DNA from: Candidatus Bathyarchaeota archaeon
GTDB lineage: Archaea; Thermoproteota; Bathyarchaeia; Bathyarchaeales; Bathycorpusculaceae
DNA length: 64,000 nucleotides
Direction: 5' to 3'
NCBI GenBank assembly: GCA_963782525.1
Contig: CAWAKC010000006.1
Coordinates: 1 to 64,000, forward strand
Below, piece by piece: positions 48,861 to 59,548 of this stretch. Each line of letters opens with the position of its first letter. The first letter of the stretch is position 1. The position numbers were made by a program, and so were the translations under genes. The notes under the pieces are model-generated. The model did not search any database. It was not told where the DNA came from and worked only from the letters and a program-made list of their open reading frames with translations.

Positions 48861-49127
48861 ATGGCCAGAGTAAAATGTAAAAAATGCAGCGCTGTCTTTG
48901 AACAAGGACTCGGCGGAGTAGCCTTGGCGCCCCATATTGGTCCATTACATTATGTTAAATGCCCTGCATGCGGAAAAAGAAGCTGGCTCAACGTTTACAC
49001 TTCAGTCAAAGACCCACTAACTTGGCCTCCAGAAGAAGCAAAACAGCAACAGGTTGCGGCGCCAGAACTGACTGAGGAAGAACTGGAGAAAAAAATGATC
49101 GAAGAATCCAAATACGAAAAACGTTAA
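48861..49127 (+). CDS. Zinc-ribbon protein
   Basis: CKKC...CPACGK, C-terminal IEESKYEK. Confidence 0.7.
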   Translation: MARVKCKKCSAVFEQGLGGVALAPHIGPLHYVKCPACGKRSWLNVYTSVKDPLTWPPEEAKQQQVAAPELTEEELEKKMIEESKYEKR

Positions 49128-49222
49128 ACACTAAAAAACGGTTTTTTCATAGCAATCTATATCATTAACAAGGGTAATCTCTAAAAAATACAGCATCGAA
49201 AAGTCTTGAAAAGGGACAATTA

Positions 49223-49580
49223 ATTGGAACATCAATCGGCGGGTCATTCGTCGGAATCGTAGTTGTAGTCATAGTTTTGGTTTTGGCTATAACTATCAGG
49301 TTATACTTCATGAGAAATCCTGGTAAAATGAGGGCGAAATGTAAAAAATGCGGCAACGTATTCGATGCATCAAATAGTTTCTCAGCTTTTCATATTGGGC
49401 TGCTCAAAACAGTTAAAGTGCCCTGCCTGCGGCAAAGTTAGCCTCATGAGCACTTTCGTGAAAGACGCAATCACTTTCCCGCCGGAAGACAAAAAGCAGG
49501 GTTCGCATGGTGATAGCGGTTTAAAGCAAGAACAGTTAGAGCAAAAACGAATAGAAGAGTCTAAATACGAAAAAGCCTAA
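49223..49580 (+). CDS. Membrane-anchored zinc-ribbon paralog (frameshift near 49408)
   Basis: TM segment and CKKC in one frame, CPACGK...IEESKYEK in the next; extra A in an AAAA run; start uncertain. Confidence 0.55.
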
Positions 49581-49607
49581 ATCATAAAATCCTTGAAAGT
49601 GCACCGA

Positions 49608-50537
49608 ATGATTGAAACCCAAAACCTAACCCGAAAATTCGGCAATCTAACCGCCGTGGACAACGTCACTTTTCACGTTGATGATGGTGAGGTTTTTGGT
49701 TTTCTTGGACCCAACGGCGCAGGAAAAACAACCACCGTGCGTATGCTCTGCTGTTTAATCGGCAAAACCAGCGGCGAAGCAAAAATAGGCGGCTACTCAA
49801 TTGACTCAGAAAGCAACTGCCTAAAAATCCGAAAAATGGTTGGTTTTCTACCAGAGAACGTCGGTTTATACGACAGCTTAAGCGCCTACCGCAACCTTGA
49901 TTTTTATGGGCAACTCTACGAAGTCCCGGAACAAAAACGCAAAGAAAACATTGAACATCTCTTAAAGTTACTTGGAATTTGGGGACGTCGCGAAGATGCT
50001 GCGGGCACATTCAGCAAGGGTATGAAACAGAAACTTGCAATCGCCCGCGCATTAATCCATGACCCGCAACTACTCTTTTTAGATGAGCCAACAGCGAACT
50101 TAGATCCTGAGGCCTCCAAAACCGTGAGAGATTTCGTCATTGAGCTTAAGAAAGAAAAGCGAACAATTTTCATAAACACCCACAATTTGGATGAAGCTGA
50201 ACGCCTCTGTGACAGAATAGCAATCCTAAAAACAAAACTTGTAGTCGTTGATTCACCAAAAAACTTGGAGCGCAGCCTCTATAACCGAAAAACAATCGTA
50301 CATTTAGAAAGCGTTTCCGATGCTATTGTGGCTTCCCTGCAAAAATTGAGTACAGTCAAAAGCGTGCGAACAAGCGACAACAAGTTAATCCTTGATATAG
50401 ATGATCCTGAAAAAGACAACCCGGATGTTGTGAGGGCAATCGTTGAAGCAGGCGGCAACATCCAATACGTTACCGAGTTGCGTTCAACGCTTGAGGATGT
50501 TTATCTTAAACTTATTCGGGAGGCTACTGCTCAATGA
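49608..50537 (+). CDS. ABC transporter ATP-binding protein
   Basis: GPNGAGKT, FSKGM, LFLDEPT. Confidence 0.93.
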   Translation: MIETQNLTRKFGNLTAVDNVTFHVDDGEVFGFLGPNGAGKTTTVRMLCCLIGKTSGEAKIGGYSIDSESNCLKIRKMVGFLPENVGLYDSLSAYRNLDFYGQLYEVPEQKRKENIEHLLKLLGIWGRREDAAGTFSKGMKQKLAIARALIHDPQLLFLDEPTANLDPEASKTVRDFVIELKKEKRTIFINTHNLDEAERLCDRIAILKTKLVVVDSPKNLERSLYNRKTIVHLESVSDAIVASLQKLSTVKSVRTSDNKLILDIDDPEKDNPDVVRAIVEAGGNIQYVTELRSTLEDVYLKLIREATAQ

Positions 50538-51295
50538 GGCTTTGGAAATCGTGGATTGTAACTCAAAAGGACCTTAGTGTTTTCCGCAAAAACAAGTACG
50601 TTCTCTACTCACTCATAGCCATGCCAATAATACTTGGCGTTGTTTTGCCAATAATTTTCATTTTTGCCTTAAACACGGAAATCGGCGTGGGAACACTAAC
50701 GCATGACCAAATTTTGGCTGCCGTAAACCAAATCGTGGGCATAGCAACAATGTACTTTGTCCTTATCCCAGCGATTCTTCCCTCAATAATCGCTTCATAC
50801 AGCTTTGTGGGGGAAAAAATCGAAAAAAGCCTCGAACCCCTGCTTGCAACTCCAACAACTGACGGTGAACTGTTACTTGGCAAAAGCTTAGCCTCTTTCA
50901 TACCCTGCATGGTTGTAACATACGTTGGCGCAGCCATATCAGCGATAATAATTGATGTTTGGTCAATCACGACTCCTCAAGTAAACACCTTTTTGATACC
51001 CAACCCGTACTGGGCTTTAGTCATCGGAGCAATCGCACCATTAGCTTGCATAATGAGCGTCGAAGCAAACATAATTGTATCTTCAAAAGTCAACGACATA
51101 AGAGCAGCTCAACAGTTAGGTGGATTAGTCGTTTTGCCGTTGGTTTTCGTGGTGATTTTTGCTTCGACAAGTGCGCAAATCTCAACATGGCTGGCTATCG
51201 GAGTCATTGCGGCGTTAGCAGTAACGGACGTTGCCTTGTTCTATTTGAGCAAAGCCACTTTCCAACGTGAAGAAATTCTGACGAAATGGAAATAA
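50534..51295 (+). CDS. ABC-2 type permease
   Basis: GEKIEKSLEPLLATP...LLGK; six TM helices. Confidence 0.88.
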   Translation: MRLWKSWIVTQKDLSVFRKNKYVLYSLIAMPIILGVVLPIIFIFALNTEIGVGTLTHDQILAAVNQIVGIATMYFVLIPAILPSIIASYSFVGEKIEKSLEPLLATPTTDGELLLGKSLASFIPCMVVTYVGAAISAIIIDVWSITTPQVNTFLIPNPYWALVIGAIAPLACIMSVEANIIVSSKVNDIRAAQQLGGLVVLPLVFVVIFASTSAQISTWLAIGVIAALAVTDVALFYLSKATFQREEILTKWK

Positions 51296-51500
51296 AATAT
51301 TGAGCATCTCTTAGCAGGTTGTTATATAGAAGACTTCTCTTTGACGCCCCATTTTACAGATACGCATAATGACTTGCCAATTTTTTAAAATCTGGACTCG
51401 TAATCTTGCGGGTTTTTAGCATGCTCAAATCGTAAACCTAAGAAACCCCTTTAAGAGCCGTATATTTCTATTCTAAAGATTTACTTAGCTGGAAGCGTCC

Positions 51501-54500
51501 ATGGCGACCTCTAAATTCCAAAACAAAAAGAGAAACTCGCGCAAAAACTCAGCTGTGTCCATGGCGCCCTCTTTAAGCTCTAAAGATATGCTAAGCCTTC
51601 CAATCGACGAAGTGTTGGGTCGTTTGAATGCTTCAAGGCAGGGTCTGAGTACTGAGGAAGCCGAAAAAAGACTTGAAATTTACGGCCCAAACGAGTTTGC
51701 ACGCACAAAAAAACACGCTGCAATTTTCAATTTTCTTTCACGCTTCAAAAGCCCCCTCGTGATAATCTTGATGATCGCAGGCGCACTTTCAGCGGCTCTT
51801 GGATCAATTCCTAGTTTCATAGTAATCTATACGATGGTTTTTCTCAGCGTTATTTTAGCCTATTATCAGGAAACAAACGCTTCAAAAGCCGCTGAACTCT
51901 TAAAAGAAAAGGTTGCTACTTCAGCCACAGTTTTAAGAGATAATGTGAAAAATGAAGTGAAGCTGGCCCAAATCGTTCCCGGTGAAATAATCTATCTTTC
52001 CGCTGGGGACATAATACCTGCAGACGCTCGAGTTATCGAAGCCAAAGATCTGTTCGTAAACCAGTCAGCCCTTACGGGAGAATCATTCCCAGTTGAAAAA
52101 ATATCTGCCCCCGTAAAAAACGAAGAGCCCGCCATTACCGAATGGACTAACTACCTCTTTTTAGGCACTTCAATCGTAAGTGGTAGTGCTGTAGCCGTTG
52201 TTGTCAGAACAGGTAGCTTTACGGAATATGGAAAAATCGCTCAAAGACTAGTAGAAAAAACGCCTGAAACCGAATTTGAAGTAGGCATCAAAAGATTCGG
52301 ATTCTTAATAATGCAGGTTACTCTTCTTTTGGTATTATTCGTTTTCATGGTACAGGCACTTCTGCACCCCAATGTAAATGGTATATTGGAAGGTCTTCTC
52401 TTTTCTGTTGCACTTGCCGTAGGCTTAACACCTGAACTTTTGCCTATGATTATCACCATAAACCTTTCAAAAGGCGCTATGGCAATGTCCAAGAAAGGCG
52501 TTATCGTCAAGCGTCTTTCAGCAATTGAAACGTTTGGCAGCATGAACGTTCTTTGCACTGACAAGACTGGAACACTTACAGAGAACCAAATAAAACTCGT
52601 TCTCCATATAGACCTGGAAGGAAAAGACGACGATAAAGTACTACGGTACTCTTTGCTAAACAGTACATTCCAAACAGGACTCAAAAGCCCCTTGGACGAA
52701 GCCATCCTCAAGCACAAAGAAATCGACATTTCAGGATTCCAAAAAATCGACGAAGTTCCCTTCGATTTTGTCCGAAGACGCGTTTCAGTAGTGGTTGAAA
52801 AAGAAAGACAAAGATTCTTCATAGTTAAGGGTGCACCCGAAGAAATTCTCAAAGTATGTTCTTACTATGAACTTGAAGGCTTAATTTCCGACATAACTGA
52901 GGTGGACCGCAAAAAAATTGAGCAGAAATACTTTGATTTAAGCGCTGAAGGCTTAAGAGTGTTAGGTGTTGCAAGTAAAAAGCTCAGAGAAGAGAAAGCT
53001 GTTTACTCAATTAACGACGAATCCGATATGACCTTTTTGGGTTTTGTCGCTTTCCTTGATCCCCCGAAAGAAACCGCAAAAGAATCCCTCCAGCTATTGG
53101 GCAATGCAGGTGTTGAACTTAAGATTCTCACAGGCGACAATGAGCTCGTCACGCGGAAAGTTTGTGGTGAACTCGGTTTTGAAGTGAAAGGTATAGCTCT
53201 CGGAAACGAGATTTCCAAAATGTCCGATGAAGCGCTTTCAGCAATAGTTGAAGAAGTAAATGTTTTCGCACGAGTAACTCCTGCACAAAAAGACCGAATT
53301 ATTAATCTTTTAAAGAGAAATGGCCATGTCGTTGGCTTCATGGGGGATGGCATAAACGATGCGCCTTCTCTAAAAACCTCTGATGTTGGCATTTCAGTCA
53401 ATAACGCCGTTGACGTCGCAAGAGAATCAGCTGACATTATCTTGTTAAAGAACGATTTAACAGTGTTAGCGCAAGGTGTGCTTGAAGGACGCAAAACGTT
53501 CGGAAACACAATGAAGTATATCATGATGGGAGTAAGCTCTAACTTTGGCAATATGTTTAGCGCCGCTGGCGGTTCGGTGTTCTTGGGATTTTTGCCAATG
53601 TTGCCTATCCAAATTCTACTAAATAATCTTCTCTACGACACCTCCCAAACCGTGATGACAACCGACAACGTTGACCCCGAATACATTGAAAAGCCAAAGA
53701 GATGGGACATTTCATTCATAAGACGCTTTATGGTTACTTTAGGCCCAGTTAGTTCGCTTTTCGATTTCGTGACGTTCTTTATAATGCTGTTTGTTTTCCA
53801 AGCCGTCATCGATCCGAAAGTGTTTCAATCTGTGTTTCAAACAGCATGGTTTACTGAGTCTTTATGTTCCCAAACACTAGTTGTCCTCATCATTAGAACT
53901 CGGCGAATACCATTCTACAAGAGCAAACCAAGCAAGTATCTTACATTAATGCTCTTGGGTGTTATTGGATTCGCCTTAATTGTGCCATTTACGCCATTGG
54001 GTCAAATCTTCGGTTTTACGCCGCCTCCACCAGCATTCTACTTGGTCTTGGCAGGAATTTTGGGAGCTTACGCAGTATTAGCTGAAGCTGTCAAAAGATG
54101 GTTCTACAAACGTAATGCTCACCGTTTAGAACAGATTCGGGTGGTAAAAGTTAAAACTGCTTATTCGGATCGATCAGTTCGATTTATGCAGGATATGGTT
54201 GCAGTGATTAGTCTTCGAGCTGAAGAGGAATTCTCAATCGAATCATTTACTGACGATTTGAACAGCTCAATTAATTACCCTCTCAACCCCAACCAGTTGG
54301 CTCGAAACCTCCAATACCTCCGGCGCTCAGGATTAATCAGTGTTGACTGGGGCAAACGAACTATAAAAAGGGAAAAAACGTTGAAAGACTACGTTAAAAA
54401 GGAAATAATTAACGGTCCAATGTGGGCTACGATAAGTGAAGATTGGCGAAAAATAAACGCCATAATTCTCAGCAAGCGGGGAAGTGTTAACCCAGAATAC

Positions 54501-54524
54501 CAACAATTGCTGATGCAGCAGTAA
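51501..54524 (+). CDS. mgtA: Magnesium-translocating P-type ATPase with C-terminal extension
   Basis: TGES, GLTPELLP, DKTGTLT, GDGINDAP, SSNFGN, LLNNLLYD. Confidence 0.92.
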   Translation: MATSKFQNKKRNSRKNSAVSMAPSLSSKDMLSLPIDEVLGRLNASRQGLSTEEAEKRLEIYGPNEFARTKKHAAIFNFLSRFKSPLVIILMIAGALSAALGSIPSFIVIYTMVFLSVILAYYQETNASKAAELLKEKVATSATVLRDNVKNEVKLAQIVPGEIIYLSAGDIIPADARVIEAKDLFVNQSALTGESFPVEKISAPVKNEEPAITEWTNYLFLGTSIVSGSAVAVVVRTGSFTEYGKIAQRLVEKTPETEFEVGIKRFGFLIMQVTLLLVLFVFMVQALLHPNVNGILEGLLFSVALAVGLTPELLPMIITINLSKGAMAMSKKGVIVKRLSAIETFGSMNVLCTDKTGTLTENQIKLVLHIDLEGKDDDKVLRYSLLNSTFQTGLKSPLDEAILKHKEIDISGFQKIDEVPFDFVRRRVSVVVEKERQRFFIVKGAPEEILKVCSYYELEGLISDITEVDRKKIEQKYFDLSAEGLRVLGVASKKLREEKAVYSINDESDMTFLGFVAFLDPPKETAKESLQLLGNAGVELKILTGDNELVTRKVCGELGFEVKGIALGNEISKMSDEALSAIVEEVNVFARVTPAQKDRIINLLKRNGHVVGFMGDGINDAPSLKTSDVGISVNNAVDVARESADIILLKNDLTVLAQGVLEGRKTFGNTMKYIMMGVSSNFGNMFSAAGGSVFLGFLPMLPIQILLNNLLYDTSQTVMTTDNVDPEYIEKPKRWDISFIRRFMVTLGPVSSLFDFVTFFIMLFVFQAVIDPKVFQSVFQTAWFTESLCSQTLVVLIIRTRRIPFYKSKPSKYLTLMLLGVIGFALIVPFTPLGQIFGFTPPPPAFYLVLAGILGAYAVLAEAVKRWFYKRNAHRLEQIRVVKVKTAYSDRSVRFMQDMVAVISLRAEEEFSIESFTDDLNSSINYPLNPNQLARNLQYLRRSGLISVDWGKRTIKREKTLKDYVKKEIINGPMWATISEDWRKINAIILSKRGSVNPEYQQLLMQQ

Positions 54525-54698
54525 AAAACTGTACAGTAACTCATTTCTTAAGTGTTTGTTAAGTCGAGAACTGCTTTAGCGAAGCCAACCTAACAAAAAG
54601 CGCTCACTTTGTAAACCGCATTTAACAAGCAAGCAAATTAGTGTTCTCAAAAAATGTTATTTACAGTAAAACATTAAGCAGAAGGCGGTTAGAAAATC

Positions 54699-55052
54699 AT
54701 GAATAACACAAATATCTGCTGGGAATGCAAGCACAGTAAGTTGAAACTCAAGATACTTGTGCCCCGAAACATCACAATCCAAAAATACATTAACAAAACA
54801 AGCAATTTCCAATCAAACATAGTGGCCATCAGCAAGGAAAAACAGGGCCAATACAACATTTGGTTCCGCTCAGAAGGAGCCCTAAGACTGCTTAGTTTTA
54901 AGATGTTGCATATCTGTAAACTAAAACATGGACAGGAAAAAACAGAGTGCGTTAGAGTATGCGAAAGCTACGAGGCAAAAAACGACCAGACAACAATCAG
55001 CAACATAGTCTACTACGATAAAAACGTTAATTTTCAAAGCAACGAAAAATAA
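54699..55052 (+). CDS. Hypothetical Cys-containing protein
   Basis: CWECKH...C...C; isolated ORF. Confidence 0.5.
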   Translation: MNNTNICWECKHSKLKLKILVPRNITIQKYINKTSNFQSNIVAISKEKQGQYNIWFRSEGALRLLSFKMLHICKLKHGQEKTECVRVCESYEAKNDQTTISNIVYYDKNVNFQSNEK

Positions 55053-55095
55053 CCCTAAAAAACAAATCTCTTCTGAACAAAAATTGGGAAGGGGT

Positions 55096-55431
55096 TTATG
55101 AGGTAGTAGCGAGGTCTTTTAGTTGTTTTTTTGTTAACCCCACACCTGGTATGGCGTCAAGTCTTTTTTCTACTTCCCCCTTCCTAAACAACAGCACCGT
55201 TGGATAGTATTCTATGGCATATTTTTCGCAGACATCAGGCTTGTCATCGATTATTACGCTGATGCACTGTTGTGGGTTGTCTTTCGCGTATTCTTGGAAA
55301 ATCGGCAAAAACCGCTGTGAATACGGACACCAAGTCGCATAAAATAGTACAAAAGCTTTTTCCTTAGACTTTAGTGCGTTATCGATGCTGCTTTCAGTGG
55401 TTGGTTTTTCGTGGATTTTACCTTTGCTCAT
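55096..55431 (-). CDS. Thioredoxin-family protein (CxxS)
   Basis: FYATWCPYS, YPTVLLFRKG. Confidence 0.85.
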   Translation of the reverse strand: MSKGKIHEKPTTESSIDNALKSKEKAFVLFYATWCPYSQRFLPIFQEYAKDNPQQCISVIIDDKPDVCEKYAIEYYPTVLLFRKGEVEKRLDAIPGVGLTKKQLKDLATTS

Positions 55432-56152
55432 CTTCAATCACCTCTTGGTCTTCCTCAGGATAATGACTGCTATCACAAAAAGGCTTGTTAGTGGATTTTC
55501 CACATCGACACAAAGTCACTCGGTTCCTAACCTCATAAAGTTTACCTTCTGACGAATAAACGGGGATTCCTCCTCGAATCCAAATTGGACCATCAATACC
55601 CATGGCGGGATCTTCAATTAAACCAATCGATTTCTCAAGCGACGGCTCAATAACTTTGCCAGATTGTTTATCTGTGACAACCAGCCGCCCAGCTGGGCAG
55701 TCGCAAGCATTTCGAGACGCGTTTTCTTTTAGTTTGGGGTCGTCTGACCTAGGAATTTGCCGCCAGATGTCGCCTCCACGATGGCAAAACCGGGCGGAAG
55801 CGCACAGAATCTCGGCGTCTTTAAGTGTTAATTCGGGGCCTTCAATTGTCTTTGCCATTTTTTCAAAGGGTTCATTGTCGCTTGTTTCCGTGCCGTCGAA
55901 ATTTACTTTTACATGTGTTCCGTCACAGAAAGGCTTGTTATTGGTTTGTCCACATCGACATAAAGTGTAAGTAGGTGAAGTCTCGAGTTTTTCCCCAATT
56001 AGCCAGCCTACGGGGATTCCAGAGCTTTGGTCGCATTGAATCGTCGTTTTTCTTAAAGAAACACCGCCGGAAACTAAGTACGGACCATTTTTGAGAACGC
56101 GAATCTTGATGTTGTTATCTTTTGAGGTTTCTTTATTTTCCAATTTAGTCAT
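55418..56152 (-). CDS. CDGSH iron-sulfur domain protein
   Basis: LCRCGQTNNKPFCDGTH and LCRCGKSTNKPFCDSSH flanking a ferredoxin-like segment. Confidence 0.9.
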   Translation of the reverse strand: MTKLENKETSKDNNIKIRVLKNGPYLVSGGVSLRKTTIQCDQSSGIPVGWLIGEKLETSPTYTLCRCGQTNNKPFCDGTHVKVNFDGTETSDNEPFEKMAKTIEGPELTLKDAEILCASARFCHRGGDIWRQIPRSDDPKLKENASRNACDCPAGRLVVTDKQSGKVIEPSLEKSIGLIEDPAMGIDGPIWIRGGIPVYSSEGKLYEVRNRVTLCRCGKSTNKPFCDSSHYPEEDQEVIEDEQR

Positions 56153-56381
56153 CTCTTAAAGTGAACACTAAAATCAACTGACAGCTTACTACTTCCAAAG
56201 AATTGGCTTCGGTTAGTTAAATTTTTTGCATTCCTCGCTGCTCTCAAAATTAACTTCTTTAGCAACATGTTCCCTAAAGAAAAGTAAGCTCGTTACTGCT
56301 CAGTTGCAACCACATAGTAATATAAAACAAAAAGTAGTGTTTGTATTTGTTCAATAAACTAAAAATTTTGGAAGAGCAGGT

Positions 56382-56597
56382 TTGATTCAATTTTATTTTC
56401 AAAGTATTTTGCGATTGATAAGGATAGTAGTAGCAATTCAGGTCTTCAACTTGGCCATGGGTTACTTGGTATGGGCCGTCTATGATTATTCAATCTCGGG
56501 TTGGACCATTGCCGCGTTATCTGTTGGCGCAACATTTTTGATGTTGGCAATCAAGAAAGCCCAAGAAAACAATGAAAACCAATCATCGACAAATTAA
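56382..56597 (+). CDS. Small two-TM protein
   Basis: Two hydrophobic helices. Confidence 0.35.
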   Translation: MIQFYFQSILRLIRIVVAIQVFNLAMGYLVWAVYDYSISGWTIAALSVGATFLMLAIKKAQENNENQSSTN

Positions 56598-56973
56598 ATA
56601 AAATGTAGCTTATTGCCTCTTTGTGATTGCAGATTCACCTTACTATCTGCTAGGGTCAAGTTGTCATACGTTTTGATAACAATTTGATATTCATTCGTTG
56701 AGTGAATACCTGAAATTGGTTTATCGGAGTTTACTTTGTAGTATCATCTAAAAAAATTAGAAAGACGTAAGGAGAAGAGTTTGGGGCGATTGAATCACTT
56801 ATTAATCAACTTGCAGTTATGGCTCGTTTAGTTTAGCATAAGAAGAGCTCGAATGGTTGGATGTTACCGATAATTTGCTTGCTCTTGTGGAATCAAGGAT
56901 TATTGGGCTTTGTAGGCAGATCTAGAAAATGGTTGTCCCTGAATGACTTATAAGTATAAGCGTGTTATAACGT

Positions 56974-57339
56974 GTGATACTCATGGACCCACAATGCGAA
57001 ATAATCGGCAAATATGTTCTGCCAATCTTTAGATCGATGCTTGCCAAAGAACTCGTACAAAAATACCACCTATCCCAAACAGACGCAGCTAAAAAACTTG
57101 GCACCACTCAAGCCGCCGTGAGCCAATACCTAAGTTCCAAACGCGCGTACAAAGGCACCGACCAAGTTAAGCAGTACTTGCCCCAAATCCAAGTTATGGC
57201 TTCTGAAACTGCCCAAAAACTGGTGAGTGACAAAATTGCCGCTAAAGATGTTACTTTCGATTTTTGTAGGCTTTGTGCAACTTTTTGCGCCAAAGATTCG
57301 GTGAAAACTGGCGTTTTAAACCCCGATTACTACATTTAA
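56974..57339 (+). CDS. Archaeal HTH transcriptional regulator
   Basis: PQCE..LPIFRSMLAKEL...LSQTDAAKKLGTTQAAVSQYLSSKR, CxxC. Confidence 0.85.
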   Translation: MILMDPQCEIIGKYVLPIFRSMLAKELVQKYHLSQTDAAKKLGTTQAAVSQYLSSKRAYKGTDQVKQYLPQIQVMASETAQKLVSDKIAAKDVTFDFCRLCATFCAKDSVKTGVLNPDYYI

Positions 57340-57507
57340 GCCCTCTTGCTAAATAGCGATTGTTAGTTATAATCAAGTCTGAAGTATATTTTTGGATATT
57401 TGAACAAAGAACGAAGCCAATTTCAAGCTTAAACAATTATCAAGTTGGCAATTGTGGCTACATAGTGTACCCACAATATCTTATATTTTTGAGACAGGTT
57501 ACCCATT

Positions 57508-57632
57508 GGTAGGAATGCAAGGGATAGCCAACAGAAGTTGAGCGAATCCGGCTGCTAAACACGAAGAAGACCGTTGCCTACCTGCCTTTTAGGTCTCTCT
57601 ATTTAGCACGTGGCTTGGTTCGCTTAACTCTT
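57508..57632 (+). ncRNA. Candidate structured RNA (long hairpin with possible pseudoknot)
   Basis: 57536-57559 pairs with 57602-57629 using three G.U pairs on the + strand. Confidence 0.4.
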
Positions 57633-57801
57633 CCTTTTTGGGGCTTAAGAAAATAAAGTTTTTTTAAAAAAAATTACAACATTTTAAAAATTCAGCCTCA
57701 GTTACAATAAGGTCTAAAGTTTCACGTATTTCTCTAATAGGTTAGGCAAGTATGGTAAAAAAATAAACCCAACGGCATTTAGGTAAACAAACGTTGGTTC
57801 G

Positions 57802-58395
57802 TTATTTTGACAATAGAAAAAGCCCGACTTCCCCAAACAGATTAGGCAAAAACCGCACCTTCCGGTTTTTGGAAATAAACGCTGCTTCTTCAACTGTTAT
57901 TTGGTTTTTTAAGCAGTATTCTTTGAAGTCAGCGATGCTTAAAAAATGCAAGTTGGGTGTGTCGTACCATTCGTAAGGCAATGAAGGGGTGACGGGGACT
58001 TTTCCCTGAAAGAAGATTTGGAAGCGGTCGGTGATGTAGCAGAAATTTGGGAAGCCAACGATGACTTTTTTTCCGACCCGTAATGCTTCTTTTATGGCGA
58101 AATCGGGTTTTTTAACCTGTTGCAAAGTTTGGTTTAAGATAACATAATCTGCGCTTTTGTCGGCGAATTCGGTTAAGCCGGTGTCGATGTCTTGTTGGAA
58201 AACGCTTAAGCCTGTTGCAACACAGTTATGGATGGCTTGTTCGCTTAGTTCCACGCCTTGCGCATGAACCTGTTTAATCTTAATTAGGAGGGCGAGTAGT
58301 TCTCCGTCGCCGCAGCCCAGATCAAGCACTGATGCTCCGTTGCTAATCCAACTTGAAATGACTGTGTGTTCTAAGGTGTGCGTTTGTTTGGTCAT
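57802..58395 (-). CDS. metW: Methionine biosynthesis protein MetW
   Basis: [28 protein letters not shown]; follows metX. Confidence 0.92.
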   Translation of the reverse strand: MTKQTHTLEHTVISSWISNGASVLDLGCGDGELLALLIKIKQVHAQGVELSEQAIHNCVATGLSVFQQDIDTGLTEFADKSADYVILNQTLQQVKKPDFAIKEALRVGKKVIVGFPNFCYITDRFQIFFQGKVPVTPSLPYEWYDTPNLHFLSIADFKEYCLKNQITVEEAAFISKNRKVRFLPNLFGEVGLFLLSK

Positions 58396-59508
58396 GACTG
58401 ATCGCTACCTCCGCCCTCTGCAGCCTTCAGGAAGCCCCCGATAAGCTGCCCTTCCTGCTCAGTCTCCAACAAAAAAGAGTCATGCCCGTATGTGCTGGTT
58501 ATTTCGCAGTAACTTGCCTGTACGCCCGTAAGTTTGCAGGCTTTTACGATTTCTTGGCTTTGGTAGGCTGGGTAGAGCCAATCCGATTTGAAAGCTAACA
58601 CCAGAACCTTTGCCTTCAAACCCTCAAAGACGTTGCCTAAACTGTGGCCGTTTAGCAGGTTGAAGTTGTCGATGGCTTTGGTGAGGTAGAGGTAGCTGTT
58701 GGCGTCGAAGCGTTTAACAAAGTTGTCGCCGCGATAATGCAGGTAACCTTCCACTTCGAAGTCTGCGCTGAACTTGAAGGCTTCTTTATCTGCGCGGGTT
58801 TTTCGCCCAAACTTTTCAGTCATAGACGTGTCGCTCATGTAAGTTATGTGCCCAATCATTCTTGCCAAGGCTAAACCTTTCGCTGGCGCTGCGTGGCGGT
58901 AGTAGTTGCCGTTTCGCCAGTCAGGGTCAGACATTACCGCTTGCCGACCAACCTCGTTGAAGGCTATTTGCTGAGGAGTATGCTTAAGTGTAGTTGCTAT
59001 AGGAATGGCTGAGCGTATTTTGTCTGGGTACGCCACCATCCACTGCAAAACCTGCATGCCGCCCATCGAGCCGCCGACCACAGCTAAAAGTTTCTCAATA
59101 CCCAAATGATCTGTGAGGTTTTTTTGTGCTTCAACCATGTCGCCTATGCTGACTAATGGAAAACTAAGACCATATGGTTTGTCAGTCTTCGGGTTGATTG
59201 AAGATGGACCAGTTGAACCTTTGCAGCCGCCGATAACGTTGCTGCATATGACAAAGTACTTGTCTATATCAATGCCCTTACCTTGACCGATGAGGTTTTC
59301 CCACCAGCCGTCTGGTCCTGACACATGTGCATCGCCGCTGAGTGCATGGAGAATTAGAATTGCGTTTGATTTCTGTGTATTAAGCTTGCCATATGTTTCG
59401 TAGGCAAGCGTGATTGGACCTAGTTTTTCGCCCGATTCCAACCTTAACTCGTCTAGTGGATGCGCGAAAAGTGTAGGTTTGCGCTGGGTTGGTTTTTTCG
59501 TTGGTTAT
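58392..59508 (-). CDS. metX: Homoserine O-acetyltransferase (probable frameshift near 59468; TTG 59441 is the in-frame start)
   Basis: [32 protein letters not shown]. Confidence 0.9.
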
Positions 59509-59548
59509 TAGCTTGCTTTCCTCCAGAAAAAAAGAAAAGTTGTTGTAT

